NCBI GenBank assembly: GCA_963676105.1
Contig: OY781039.1
Span: 780,001-812,000 of the forward strand
Reading direction: 5' to 3'
Length of the DNA stretch: 32,000 nt
Source: Erysipelotrichaceae bacterium
GTDB taxonomy: Bacteria; Bacillota_I; Bacilli_A; Erysipelotrichales; Erysipelotrichaceae
Part shown: piece by piece, positions 1-7,696 of the stretch
How positions within the stretch are numbered: position 1 is the stretch's first letter
Layout: the number at the start of each line of letters is the position of its first letter
The notes under the pieces: generated by a model
What the model was told of the DNA's origin: nothing
Seen by the model: the letters and a program-made list of their open reading frames with translations, nothing else
The model's database searches: none
Translations under genes and position numbers: made by a program

Positions 1-482
1 TATCAAAGCCTTTGAATTTTCGTAGTGGATAATACAGATAACACCACATCAATGGTTTATCATCACCATAATAAAGTCGTTGAAATTCAACAAACTTTCC
101 TTCTTCATCTGGCATCATTTTAAGTAAACTAGCTGGCGCATTGACGGTTTTAATACTAAAGTCTTTAAACGAAGCTTTATAACCATTCATTTCTATTAAT
201 TGAATAATGGTATTAATTTTATTAAAGAAAATACTTGGCATTTCAAAGTGAAGTAAAAGGTATTTATCTCCATTTTTCTCAACCACATTTTCTTTTACAA
301 GTTCATCATATACAGCCTGTGCTTCAGCCACAGTAATTTCATAAGCTTGCGCAAATTCATGTAAATCCGGCATGGCTTGATTTCCTTGTAGATGATGTGT
401 ATTAGTATACTCTTTTACCCCTTTAACAAGTTGGGTTTGCATACTATCATTACGTCTTCGATCAATATGTAAATTAAGCATA
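1..482 (-). CDS. GntR/HutC-family transcriptional regulator, partial (3' end lies beyond window start)
   Basis: My own minus-strand translation from ATG 482-480 reads MLNLHIDRRRNDSMQTQLVKGVKEYTNTHHLQGNQAMPDLHEFAQAYEITVAEAQAVYDELVKENVVEKNGDKYLLLHFEMPS... and stays open to position 1. It shows a GntR-like winged-helix pattern followed by a UTRA-like region. It is absent from the ORF track because it is truncated. Its ATG overlaps the stop of the upstream GntR gene (ATGCTTAA). Confidence 0.65.
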
Positions 483-1199
483 AATTGTATCACTCTCCAT
501 TATTGTAAATTCACTTGGTAAGTAACGTACAATAATCGCAATCACTTTGCCTTGTGAGTCAGAAAAGATACTTTCAACCTTAATCATGGGACTACCCACT
601 TCAATCTCAAACATCCGTGCGAATTTAGAATCCGCAATAAAACCAGACATAATGTCTTCTTGTTTAGCTAAATCACATTTTGGACAATCAAGTAAAATTT
701 CTGAAATTGTTTTATCCATATGAACATCTAAGACTAAACGTCTAAAATACGATTCATCAATAAAACTTTCTTCTAACACGACTGCATAGTAGTAATCTTT
801 ATGAAGTCTTAAGCAATGAAAAACAGACTTGCAATCAAAATACTTCGCGACTGTATCATTAAATGTTGATCCATTTAAACTTTCAATCAACATATTCTCA
901 AAAGGTAATTTAGTACTGCTTGTTAGTTTAAGATCTTTAGGTGTAAAAATATGGCTTGCGCGATTAACAACATAGGAGCCTTTACCACGTGTACGCCAAA
1001 CTTTACCTGTATTCTCTAATTCAACAAATGCTTTTTTTACCACACCTAATGAAAGACCATAAAGATCGGCAATATCTTTTTCAGTGGGAAGTTGATAATG
1101 ATGAACGAGCTTTCTCTCGTCAATCGCTTCTTCAATCGAATCAGCAATTTGTCGATATATTGGCTTTTTTGATGTTTTGTCTATATAGATATAATCCAT
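474..1199 (-). CDS. GntR/HutC-family transcriptional regulator (winged HTH plus UTRA-like effector domain)
   Basis: 241-aa ORF. The N-terminus KPIYRQIADSIEEAIDERKLVHHYQLPTEKDIADLYGLSLGVVKKAFVELENTGKVWRTRGKGSYV is a canonical GntR wHTH. The C-terminal ~150 aa has the length and pattern of the HutC subfamily. Confidence 0.85.
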   Translation of the reverse strand: MDYIYIDKTSKKPIYRQIADSIEEAIDERKLVHHYQLPTEKDIADLYGLSLGVVKKAFVELENTGKVWRTRGKGSYVVNRASHIFTPKDLKLTSSTKLPFENMLIESLNGSTFNDTVAKYFDCKSVFHCLRLHKDYYYAVVLEESFIDESYFRRLVLDVHMDKTISEILLDCPKCDLAKQEDIMSGFIADSKFARMFEIEVGSPMIKVESIFSDSQGKVIAIIVRYLPSEFTIMESDTIYA

Positions 1200-1205
1200 A
1201 TTAGT

Positions 1206-1214
1206 ATCTTAGCA
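1206..1214 (-). promoter_or_regulatory. Extended -10 element (TGcTAAGAT) ending 6 nt before the SD-less ATG at 1199; candidate leaderless promoter
   Basis: The minus strand reads gTGcTAAGAT-actaat-ATG. There is no AGGAG-like element within 20 nt of the start. Confidence 0.4.
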
Positions 1215-1306
1215 CACTTATCCTTTCTTTAACTTATTTAAATGATTTTATGTTTTTTCCATATTTTTCAAGGTAAATAGGTCTTATTTTCCTAATTCAA
1301 TATAAA

Positions 1307-1408
1307 CTATTTTAAAATTTCAAACAATTCTCTACGGAAAAGCAAAAACAAGATTATCACGATGTGTAGGAAAAGAATCAGGAATAGTTTAATCTTGTCT
1401 TCACTCAT
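1307..1408 (-). CDS. Candidate unannotated 33-aa single-TM peptide MSEDKIKLFLILFLHIVIILFLLFRRELFEILK
   Basis: Hand translation of the minus strand: ATG at 1408-1406, TAG at 1309-1307. It is too short for the ORF track. The ATG lies 7 nt after the -10 of a TTGACA-17-TACATT promoter and has no SD. The peptide has a charged N-terminus, a 17-18 residue hydrophobic core and a basic/acidic tail. Confidence 0.35.
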   Translation of the reverse strand: MSEDKIKLFLILFLHIVIILFLLFRRELFEILK

Positions 1409-1415
1409 ATATACT

Positions 1416-1444
1416 AATGTACATATTTTAGTATGTATTGTCAA
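1416..1444 (-). promoter_or_regulatory. Sigma-70/SigA-type promoter TTGACA-17 nt-TACATT, overlapped by palindromes (candidate operator)
   Basis: On the minus strand the -35 TTGACA is at 1444-1439, the spacer is 17 nt, and the -10 TACATT is at 1421-1416. The perfect 8-bp palindrome ATGTACAT (1417-1424) covers the -10. The 7-bp inverted repeat ATACTAA/TTAGTAT (1411-1417 / 1428-1434) spans the -10 and spacer. Confidence 0.5.
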
Positions 1445-1452
1445 ACAATGGA

Positions 1453-1480
1453 TAAAAAAAGGACTCACAAGAGTGAATCC
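1453..1480 (-). terminator. Intrinsic terminator downstream of the purine permease gene
   Basis: The minus strand reads GGATTCAC-TCTT-GTGAGTCC (8 bp including one G.U pair) followed by TTTTTTTATCC, about 24 nt after the stop at 1504. Confidence 0.7.
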
Positions 1481-1503
1481 TTAATGTGTAAAGTGAATTT
1501 ATC

Positions 1504-2814
1504 TTAAATCACAAAGTGAACAATGAAGACAAACATTAAGACCCATAAAATAACAGGTACATCTTTTGCGCGTCCCGCAAATAAACTTGCGACACCATAG
1601 ATAATGAAACCAACCGCAATCCCTTCAGAGATAGAGTAAGTTAAGATCATAGCGGCAATCGCAATAAATGAAGCAGATGCGACCACGAAGTCTTCCCAGT
1701 CAATTTCTTTGAGTTGTTGAGCCATTAAGATACCAACCACAATAAGGGCTGGTGCAGTTACAGCAGAAGTAACGACAACCAATAATGGTGCGAAGAAAAT
1801 TGATAAGAAGAATAAAACAGCTGTTGTGACAGCGGTTAAACCTGAACGGCCACCCACTTCAACACCTGATGCTGATTCAATGTATGAAGTAACTGTTGAA
1901 GTACCAAGCATAGCTCCTACAATCGTACCAACTGAGTCAGCTAACATCGCTTTATTAACATTCTCTAATTCACCTTTTTCATTGATAAGGTTTGTACGGT
2001 TCGCAACCGCAACGAGTGTACCTGCAGTATCAAAGAAATCGATGAATAAGAATGTAAAGATAACAATCATCCAATCAGAACGTGAGAAGAGTTCTGAGAA
2101 ACCTGATGCGAAAGCACCAACAGTTGGCATATCAAATTCAAAACTAACAATCGCAGATGGAACTGAAGGCATACCTTCAACACCCATTACACCTAAGATT
2201 AAACCAACAACAGCTGTTGTGACTAAACCAATAAAGATGGCAGCTGGTGTTTTCTTTGCGAGAAGTGCAATCGTTACGAATAATCCAAAGACTGAAAGCA
2301 TAACGGTAGGTGCACTTAAATCACCTAAACCAACTAAGGTTGCAGGATTATCAACAATAATCCCCGCATTAACTAAACCAATGAAGGCAATGAAGAAACC
2401 AATCCCTGCGCCAAACGCAAGTTTTAGATCTTTTGGGATCGCATTGATGATCATCGCACGAACACCAGATACTGAGATAGCTAAGAATACAGCACCTGAT
2501 ACAAAGACAGCTGCTAAAGCTGCTTCCCAACTATAACCAAATGTTAAAACAACGGTAAAAGTAAAGAAAGCATTAACGCCCATGCCTGGCGCAAGTGCAA
2601 TTGGGTAGTTCGCTAAAAGACCCATTACAAGTGTTGCGACACCTGATGATATCGCAGTGGCTAAAAAGATGGATTGTACAGGCATCCCAGTGGCACCTAA
2701 CATTCCAGGGTTGACAGCTAAAATGTAAGCCATCGTCAAGAAGGTCGTAAGACCGGCTAAGATTTCAGTACGTACATTGGTACCTAATTTCTTAAGATTA
2801 AAGAATTTTTCCAA
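1504..2814 (-). CDS. pbuG: NCS2/AzgA-family purine (guanine/hypoxanthine-type) permease
   Basis: The N-terminus (L)EKFFNLKKLGTNVRTEILAGLTTFLTMAYILAVNP is typical of AzgA/PbuG-type permeases, and the protein is polytopic. I place the start at TTG 2814, 7 nt after AAGGAG. The 36 extra N-terminal codons in the track ORF run through the riboswitch terminator. The symbol is inferred from the guanine-type riboswitch and is tentative. Confidence 0.9.
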   Translation of the reverse strand: MEKFFNLKKLGTNVRTEILAGLTTFLTMAYILAVNPGMLGATGMPVQSIFLATAISSGVATLVMGLLANYPIALAPGMGVNAFFTFTVVLTFGYSWEAALAAVFVSGAVFLAISVSGVRAMIINAIPKDLKLAFGAGIGFFIAFIGLVNAGIIVDNPATLVGLGDLSAPTVMLSVFGLFVTIALLAKKTPAAIFIGLVTTAVVGLILGVMGVEGMPSVPSAIVSFEFDMPTVGAFASGFSELFSRSDWMIVIFTFLFIDFFDTAGTLVAVANRTNLINEKGELENVNKAMLADSVGTIVGAMLGTSTVTSYIESASGVEVGGRSGLTAVTTAVLFFLSIFFAPLLVVVTSAVTAPALIVVGILMAQQLKEIDWEDFVVASASFIAIAAMILTYSISEGIAVGFIIYGVASLFAGRAKDVPVILWVLMFVFIVHFVI

Positions 2815-2862
2815 GATAAATCTCCTTTTTCTTGTATTCTTTCCCTTGATGATGTCAAATTC

Positions 2863-2895
2863 ACAAATAAAAAAGTCTGGGGAATGAGTCCAGAC
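2863..2895 (-). terminator. Riboswitch expression-platform intrinsic terminator
   Basis: The minus strand reads GTCTGG-ACTCATTCC-CCAGAC followed by TTTTTTATTT. It lies between the aptamer and the permease RBS. Confidence 0.75.
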
Positions 2896-2924
2896 CAAGT
2901 TTAAGTGCTTAGTTAACATCAATT

Positions 2925-3000
2925 CGCCACAGTAGTAAAATCATTTACGGTGATTTTGTAGAGACTGCCTCACCATATTAGAGGCATTATAGAGTAGTGT
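2925..3000 (-). promoter_or_regulatory. Purine riboswitch aptamer (guanine/hypoxanthine class)
   Basis: Minus-strand RNA: ACACUACUCUAUAAUGCCUCUAAUAUGGUGAGGCAGUCUCUACAAAAUCACCGUAAAUGAUUUUACUACUGUGGCG. It has UAUAAU, P2 GCCUC/GAGGC with the L2 AUAUGG core, J2/3 AGUCUCUAC, and P3 AAAAUCA/UGAUUUU with an L3 CCGUAAAU-type loop. J3/1 is AC, with C at the specificity position (plus-strand g2935). P1 is imperfect: 2 bp, a 2-nt mismatch, then 4 bp. Confidence 0.85.
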
Positions 3001-3109
3001 TTTTGTGAATACCATAATAGTTTAGACTAATTCTGTTGATTTTGTCCATAAAATTCGAGTTTTATCACAAAAAATTCAAAGATTTCATTTACTAAATCGA
3101 TTTCTTTTA

Positions 3110-3115
3110 TAAAAT
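3110..3115 (+). promoter_or_regulatory. -10 hexamer TAAAAT ending 6 nt before the SD-less ATG at 3122; candidate leaderless promoter
   Basis: The sequence reads TTTACt-16/17 nt-TAAAAT-aggtct-ATG. The only purine-rich element is AGG, 3 nt from the ATG, which is too close for an SD. Confidence 0.4.
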
Positions 3116-3121
3116 AGGTCT

Positions 3122-3958
3122 ATGACTGAAATTCGTAAAGGTTCCATCTATATCTTTATTGCTGCAACCCTTTGGAGCTTTGGGGGACTTTTAGGTAAAG
3201 CGATTCCCCTAAGTGGTTTAAGCATTGCGATTCTTAGAGGTGGTATCTCTGCTTGTACGATTGGGATCTATCGCAAAACATTTAAGGTCCATTTAAGCAA
3301 ATCTGTGATTATCGCAGCCATTTCCTTAAGTCTAACCACCCTCTTTTATATGATGTCTAACAAACTAACCACTGCAGCCAATGCGATTTTACTTCAATAC
3401 ACATCCCCTGTTTACATTATTTTCTTTGCTTGGTTACTTTATAAACAAAAACCCAAGAAGATAGATATTTACGCACTAATCGGTGTTTTCATTGGTATGG
3501 GCATCTTCTTTTCTCGTGAATTATCAACCGGTCATCTTTTAGGTGATCTTTTAGGTTTAGCATCAGGCATAGCCTTTGCAGGTGTCTTTTTTGCGAATAA
3601 ACTCCCTAATGCAAATCCAGTTGATGCGGTCTATTTAGGCAATGTGTTTACTTTTTTCTTATTCCCTCTTGTTTTCTTTGATTCTAATCTTTATACATTG
3701 AATCTAAATAGTACGTTGATGTTAATTGTGATGGGAGTCTTTCAACTTGGAATTGCGTATATTTTATTTTCGATAGGAATAAGTAAGGTATCTGCAACAA
3801 GTGCTAATATCATCGCCACCATCGAACCTGTCTTAAATCCAGTCTGGGTATTTATCTTTCTTAATGAAGTTCCTAATCCAGTAGCGCTATTAGGTGGAGG
3901 GATTGTCCTCATCACCGTTCTTATCTACAATCAAATCAATTCAAAGACTGCAACATAA
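3122..3958 (+). CDS. EamA/DMT-superfamily transporter (10-TM type)
   Basis: 278 aa, polytopic, with a two-fold EamA-like repeat pattern. The N-terminus GSIYIFIAATLWSFGGLLGK is typical of the family. Confidence 0.85.
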   Translation: MTEIRKGSIYIFIAATLWSFGGLLGKAIPLSGLSIAILRGGISACTIGIYRKTFKVHLSKSVIIAAISLSLTTLFYMMSNKLTTAANAILLQYTSPVYIIFFAWLLYKQKPKKIDIYALIGVFIGMGIFFSRELSTGHLLGDLLGLASGIAFAGVFFANKLPNANPVDAVYLGNVFTFFLFPLVFFDSNLYTLNLNSTLMLIVMGVFQLGIAYILFSIGISKVSATSANIIATIEPVLNPVWVFIFLNEVPNPVALLGGGIVLITVLIYNQINSKTAT

Positions 3959-3999
3959 GTTTCAATAAAGGTTTATACTATTTTATAGAGACATAAAAC

Positions 4000-4230
4000 A
4001 TGAATCAAAGAAAACAAAAACTATTTGCCCCTATCATTATCACAATTCTCTTTTGTGCATATTTTATATTTTGGGCATTTTTTATTTTTCAAGATTTTTA
4101 TCTATCAACCCTCGTCAAAGTGTTAATGGCACTGATCCCCTTAGCCTTTGCGGGCGTTAATATTCATGTTTTATTAGAGAGAATCAAAGAAATAAGGAGT
4201 GGTGAAGAAGATGATCTTAGTCAATACTGA
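4000..4230 (+). CDS. Small membrane protein (2 predicted TM), function unknown
   Basis: 76-aa ORF with two hydrophobic spans and an acidic tail. Its 3' end overlaps the ybjQ-like start by 20 nt. No clear SD is present. Confidence 0.5.
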   Translation: MNQRKQKLFAPIIITILFCAYFIFWAFFIFQDFYLSTLVKVLMALIPLAFAGVNIHVLLERIKEIRSGEEDDLSQY

Positions 4231-4522
4231 AACAATTAATGGAAAAGATTTAGAAATGTTAGGCTTAGTTAAAGGAAGTACCATACAGTCTAAAAATATT
4301 GGGCGTGATATTACACAAGGTTTTAAAACCTTAGTGGGTGGTGAACTCAAAGCTTATAATGACATGATGAATGATGCGAGAGCCCTCGCAACCAAAAGAA
4401 TGGTCGCAGAAGCAGAAGAGTTAAAAGCGGATGCGATTGTCAATATTCGTTATGCTTCCTCAGCCATCATGCAAGGGGCTGCTGAAGTCATTGTTTATGG
4501 AACTGCTGTAAAATTTAAATAG
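4211..4522 (+). CDS. YbjQ/UPF0145-family protein
   Basis: MILVNTETINGKDLEMLGLVKGSTIQSKNIGRDITQGFKTLVGGELKAYNDMMNDARALA...AIVNIRY fits the YbjQ family pattern. ATG 4211 is preferred over GTG 4199, which directly abuts AAGGAG (4194-4199). Confidence 0.85.
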   Translation: MILVNTETINGKDLEMLGLVKGSTIQSKNIGRDITQGFKTLVGGELKAYNDMMNDARALATKRMVAEAEELKADAIVNIRYASSAIMQGAAEVIVYGTAVKFK

Positions 4523-4524
4523 TT

Positions 4525-4558
4525 AAAAAAGAACACCTACTTAATCAAGTGGGTGTTC
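4525..4558. terminator. Hairpin terminator between convergent genes (stronger on the minus strand)
   Basis: GAACACCTACTT-AATC-AAGTGGGTGTTC (4531-4558), with an A-run at 4525-4530 that becomes a T-run on the minus strand. The hairpin overlaps the last codons of the 4541-4780 ORF. Confidence 0.6.
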
Positions 4559-4780
4559 TTCATTATACTTCTTTGTTTGAATTTCATCTTGTTTATAAAG
4601 ATAGAATGCAATCCCTAGATAAAATGGGACAAAGATTGCCATTAAGGCATAGGATAACGGTGATCCAAGTTGAGGATATTTTTGAGCATCTTTATACACA
4701 AAGAATCCTGCGACAATCGGTACTAAAATAAACATAATCACAGCCATTGAAATCAGCAGCGTTAAGATAAAGGTATTCAT
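4541..4780 (-). CDS. Small 2-TM membrane protein, function unknown
   Basis: 79-aa ORF. Its start overlaps the stop of the MFS gene by 4 nt. It contains a VYKDAQK-type motif between two TM spans, as seen in many small membrane proteins. Confidence 0.55.
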   Translation of the reverse strand: MNTFILTLLISMAVIMFILVPIVAGFFVYKDAQKYPQLGSPLSYALMAIFVPFYLGIAFYLYKQDEIQTKKYNEEHPLD

Positions 4781-6006
4781 GATTTATAGAGTTTAGGATA
4801 AAGCTTTTGATCCATATTAATAAAGATAGGAAATATCAACATCAGTATCATCCCAAAGCCAAAGATAATAAACCAAGCATTATTATAATCGATGTAGTTT
4901 AAAGTTCGTGAAAAGGCAAATTGACCAATCCCAATCATAAGACTTGAGAGAACTCCAATACTTCCTTGAACACGAGCTCGATGACTTTTAGGAATACGAC
5001 GCGTCACATAGGCTCCACGTGTGATCGCAAAACTAACTTCACCCATGGTAAATAACCACATCCCAATCACAAAGACAATCCAGTGATCATAAAGTAGTGC
5101 GAGTAATACAAAGGTAATCATATATAAAGCCGTTCCTAAAACAAAGCGTTTGATTTCAATCGTTCTTTTTAACCAAACCGTTAAGAGTGGAGTAAAGATA
5201 ATAACCACTAAGCCATTAAAACTTGATAGAATCCCAAAGAATTCAGAATAATTTGTCATCAGTGATTCAAGTTGTAAAGGCATTAAGAAATTCATCTGCA
5301 TATACATAACTTCACTGATCGCAATCATAAGCATATATAACCATAAAACACGGTTACCTTGTATCAATTGAAAGATTGATTCATGTTTGCTTTCTGCTTC
5401 ATATTCACCTATTTCAACATGTTCCCCTTCACGAAGACCATCTTGAATATAGATGTGGATAAGAACTGTCCCAAATAGAGTGGTTAAACCATCAATGATA
5501 AAGGCTAAACCTAAATAATCTTGAAAGAGGAAACCACCAATACTTGGTCCTAAGATAAAACCTAAGTTAAAGCCTAAATAAGATAGAGAATAAGCTCTTT
5601 CACGATCGTTTGAAGATGTTTTGTCCGCAATTAAAGAATGAGATGCAGGATGGGTTGCGGTCCCCGCAAAACCTGACATAAAGAAAATGACAATCGTATG
5701 CAGTCCTAAAGGTAATAGTCCATTTATAAAATAGCCAATCACCATTAGATATGAAGAAATTAAGATAACCTTTTTACGACCATACTTATCTGCCCATTTA
5801 CCCCCTAAGGCTTGAGCAGGCATTTGAATCGCTCCACCAACCAATAATATCAAGGCAATCGTTGGCGCATCATAGCCAAACTTTGCCGATAAGATCAGTG
5901 TCATCATTGGCCAAATAAAGGTACCCATAGCTTGTACAACACGACCGATAAATAGAATATAAATATCGCGAGACAAGCCTCGATATTGATCAAATATTTT
6001 TAACAT
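4777..6006 (-). CDS. MFS transporter
   Basis: 409 aa with about 12 TM spans and the MFS loop signature GGKWADKYGRKK between TM2 and TM3. Confidence 0.9.
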   Translation of the reverse strand: MLKIFDQYRGLSRDIYILFIGRVVQAMGTFIWPMMTLILSAKFGYDAPTIALILLVGGAIQMPAQALGGKWADKYGRKKVILISSYLMVIGYFINGLLPLGLHTIVIFFMSGFAGTATHPASHSLIADKTSSNDRERAYSLSYLGFNLGFILGPSIGGFLFQDYLGLAFIIDGLTTLFGTVLIHIYIQDGLREGEHVEIGEYEAESKHESIFQLIQGNRVLWLYMLMIAISEVMYMQMNFLMPLQLESLMTNYSEFFGILSSFNGLVVIIFTPLLTVWLKRTIEIKRFVLGTALYMITFVLLALLYDHWIVFVIGMWLFTMGEVSFAITRGAYVTRRIPKSHRARVQGSIGVLSSLMIGIGQFAFSRTLNYIDYNNAWFIIFGFGMILMLIFPIFINMDQKLYPKLYKS

Positions 6007-6007
6007 G

Positions 6008-6511
6008 TTAAATTCCTAATTGACTTAATAAACCATAAGAGAAAATAAGCATAATACTTAAAGCCATAAATAAACCACAAAGAATAGCTAACATCGCTTT
6101 TGAACGTTTAATTTGAAGCATTTCTGCGACGAGTGCTCCCGTCCACGCCCCTGTGACAGGTAGTGGAATACCAACAAATAACACTAAGCCAATAAATTCA
6201 GCATTTTTTATACTGCCAGATTTATGTTCAGCTCTTTGTCTAAGTTTATGCACTAAAGAAACTAAGATATTATGACGTTCCATAAAATCAAAGATTTTTT
6301 CAATAAAAAACAAAATAAAAGGAATCGGTAATAGATTTCCCAGAATGGAGATAATAGATGTCGTCATTAGATCCAAACCTAATGTATAACCGACCACAAC
6401 CCCACCACGAAGTTCTAATATAGGCAACATGGAAGTCACAAAGACAATGCCTTCTTTGGATAATAAATTCGAAAATAAATGGATCACTGATTCTACAAGT
6501 GTATCAAACAT
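6008..6511 (-). CDS. Small multidrug-export-like membrane protein (COG2426 / Sm_multidrug_ex type)
   Basis: 167 aa. The motifs LPILELRGGVVVG and GIPLPVTGAWTGALVA match my recollection of this family. Confidence 0.65.
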   Translation of the reverse strand: MFDTLVESVIHLFSNLLSKEGIVFVTSMLPILELRGGVVVGYTLGLDLMTTSIISILGNLLPIPFILFFIEKIFDFMERHNILVSLVHKLRQRAEHKSGSIKNAEFIGLVLFVGIPLPVTGAWTGALVAEMLQIKRSKAMLAILCGLFMALSIMLIFSYGLLSQLGI

Positions 6512-6998
6512 ACGGTAATTCCTCTTCTTCTACATCAATATGTCGTAAATAAACAAAACCTAAGAAAGCCGCTAAGAAATTGGTCATCAAATCATCGACA
6601 TCAAACATCCCAGCACGGGTTAAAAATTGAAGTATCTCAATACTTAATAAAATAATAAAGACCGTTCTTAAATAATTGATGGGGTTTAAAAAGCGTCCCC
6701 AAATTCTTGGCATAAAATAACCTAACCAAGCAAAGACAAACATATGCGCAACAATGTTCTCTAAGATGGCATTGATACCGGTTGCGCGATTCATCTGTAT
6801 CACATAACTTGTTAAGTTTTTAAAGGGTATAAAGTTTGCATAGTTTTCTAAATCACTAAACAAATCCCCTTTTACAATCCAGGATAAATCCATTTCACGA
6901 TGATACACAAACAAAAGATAGGCTAAACCTATACAATATAATCCAAAAAAGAATTTGAGTGTATTACGCGTAAACGTACTATCCATGTTTTCCATCAT
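6504..6998 (-). CDS. VanZ-like membrane protein
   Basis: 164 aa with 4 TM spans. NFIPFKN and FDVDDLMTNFLAAFLGF motifs are typical of VanZ-like proteins. Confidence 0.6.
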   Translation of the reverse strand: MMENMDSTFTRNTLKFFFGLYCIGLAYLLFVYHREMDLSWIVKGDLFSDLENYANFIPFKNLTSYVIQMNRATGINAILENIVAHMFVFAWLGYFMPRIWGRFLNPINYLRTVFIILLSIEILQFLTRAGMFDVDDLMTNFLAAFLGFVYLRHIDVEEEELPYV

Positions 6999-7010
6999 AA
7001 GTCCTTAAAA

Positions 7011-7670
7011 TTATACACAAGCTAGTGTTTCAAAACAATCTTCAACACTTTCACTTGCGTAATTAATCTTCATTTTCTTTAAATCATTGAAATCTCGATA
7101 TCCCCAAGCCACTGCCATCACATCCATACCGGCATTATTAGCGGCTAGAATATCAACTTCTGTATCTCCAATAAATAAGCACTCATTGACATTTAAACCT
7201 AAGGCCATTGCCGCATTCACTAACATATCCCCGGCTGGTTTTTTAGGAACACTGGCTTTAGCACCACAGACATAATCAAATTGAATCTCATTAAAGTGAT
7301 CACGAATGATTTCTTGAGTATACTCATCTTGTTTGTTAGAAACCACGGCTAACTTTAAACCTTTTTGTCTTAAAACTTTTAAGCCCTCTATCATGCCATC
7401 ATAAGGAAGTGAATCGATATTAAAACAATTCGCATAGGCTTTATGGAAATCATTTAAGGCAATTTTCTTTTCTTCATCAGTACATGACTTTAAGGCATCA
7501 TCGACTAAGCTTTGTATCCCATGCCCCATTAAAGCTTGGGTAGCTTCTAAACTTGATTTTTCAACATTGAATTTTTCTTGAACTTTATGTAAAGCTTTTT
7601 GTAGATCAGATGAGGTATTCATTAAGGTTCCATCTAAATCAAAAAGGATGGCTTCATAGGCTTTTATCAT
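7011..7670 (-). CDS. HAD-superfamily hydrolase, phosphoglycolate-phosphatase-like (subfamily IA)
   Basis: ILFDLDGTLMNT (DxDGT), VVSNK and GDTEVDILAANNAGM motifs. Confidence 0.85.
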   Translation of the reverse strand: MIKAYEAILFDLDGTLMNTSSDLQKALHKVQEKFNVEKSSLEATQALMGHGIQSLVDDALKSCTDEEKKIALNDFHKAYANCFNIDSLPYDGMIEGLKVLRQKGLKLAVVSNKQDEYTQEIIRDHFNEIQFDYVCGAKASVPKKPAGDMLVNAAMALGLNVNECLFIGDTEVDILAANNAGMDVMAVAWGYRDFNDLKKMKINYASESVEDCFETLACV

Positions 7671-7676
7671 GACTTT

Positions 7677-7685
7677 AGTGTACCA
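7677..7685 (-). promoter_or_regulatory. Extended -10 (TGgTACACT) ending 6 nt before the SD-less ATG at 7670
   Basis: The minus strand reads caTGgTACACT-aaagtc-ATG. Confidence 0.4.
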
Positions 7686-7696
7686 TGCTTAAGCTA

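Noticed and set aside
1336-1398. 9-bp-stem hairpin plus T-run read as a plain intrinsic terminator or attenuator of the GntR operon
   Set aside because: This is not rejected outright, but it is not called as a terminator feature. The 33-nt loop is atypically large, the element lies inside the candidate 33-codon ORF, and the T-run encodes LFLLF. It is kept as an alternative interpretation in the findings.
1826-2536. 236-aa + strand ORF antisense to the purine permease gene
   Set aside because: It lies entirely inside a well-supported membrane-protein CDS on the other strand. It has a low-complexity P/T/A/K-rich composition typical of the reverse frame of hydrophobic genes, and no SD or promoter. 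It is a shadow ORF.
2815-2922. 36-codon N-terminal extension of the permease ORF (track start at 2922)
   Set aside because: The extension reads through the riboswitch terminator hairpin and U-run. A TTG with a perfectly spaced AAGGAG at 2814 gives the family-typical N-terminus (M)EKFFNLKK.
4199-4210. GTG start for the YbjQ-like gene (track start 4199)
   Set aside because: The GTG directly abuts the AAGGAG it would need as its SD. ATG 4211 yields the family-typical MILV.T N-terminus.
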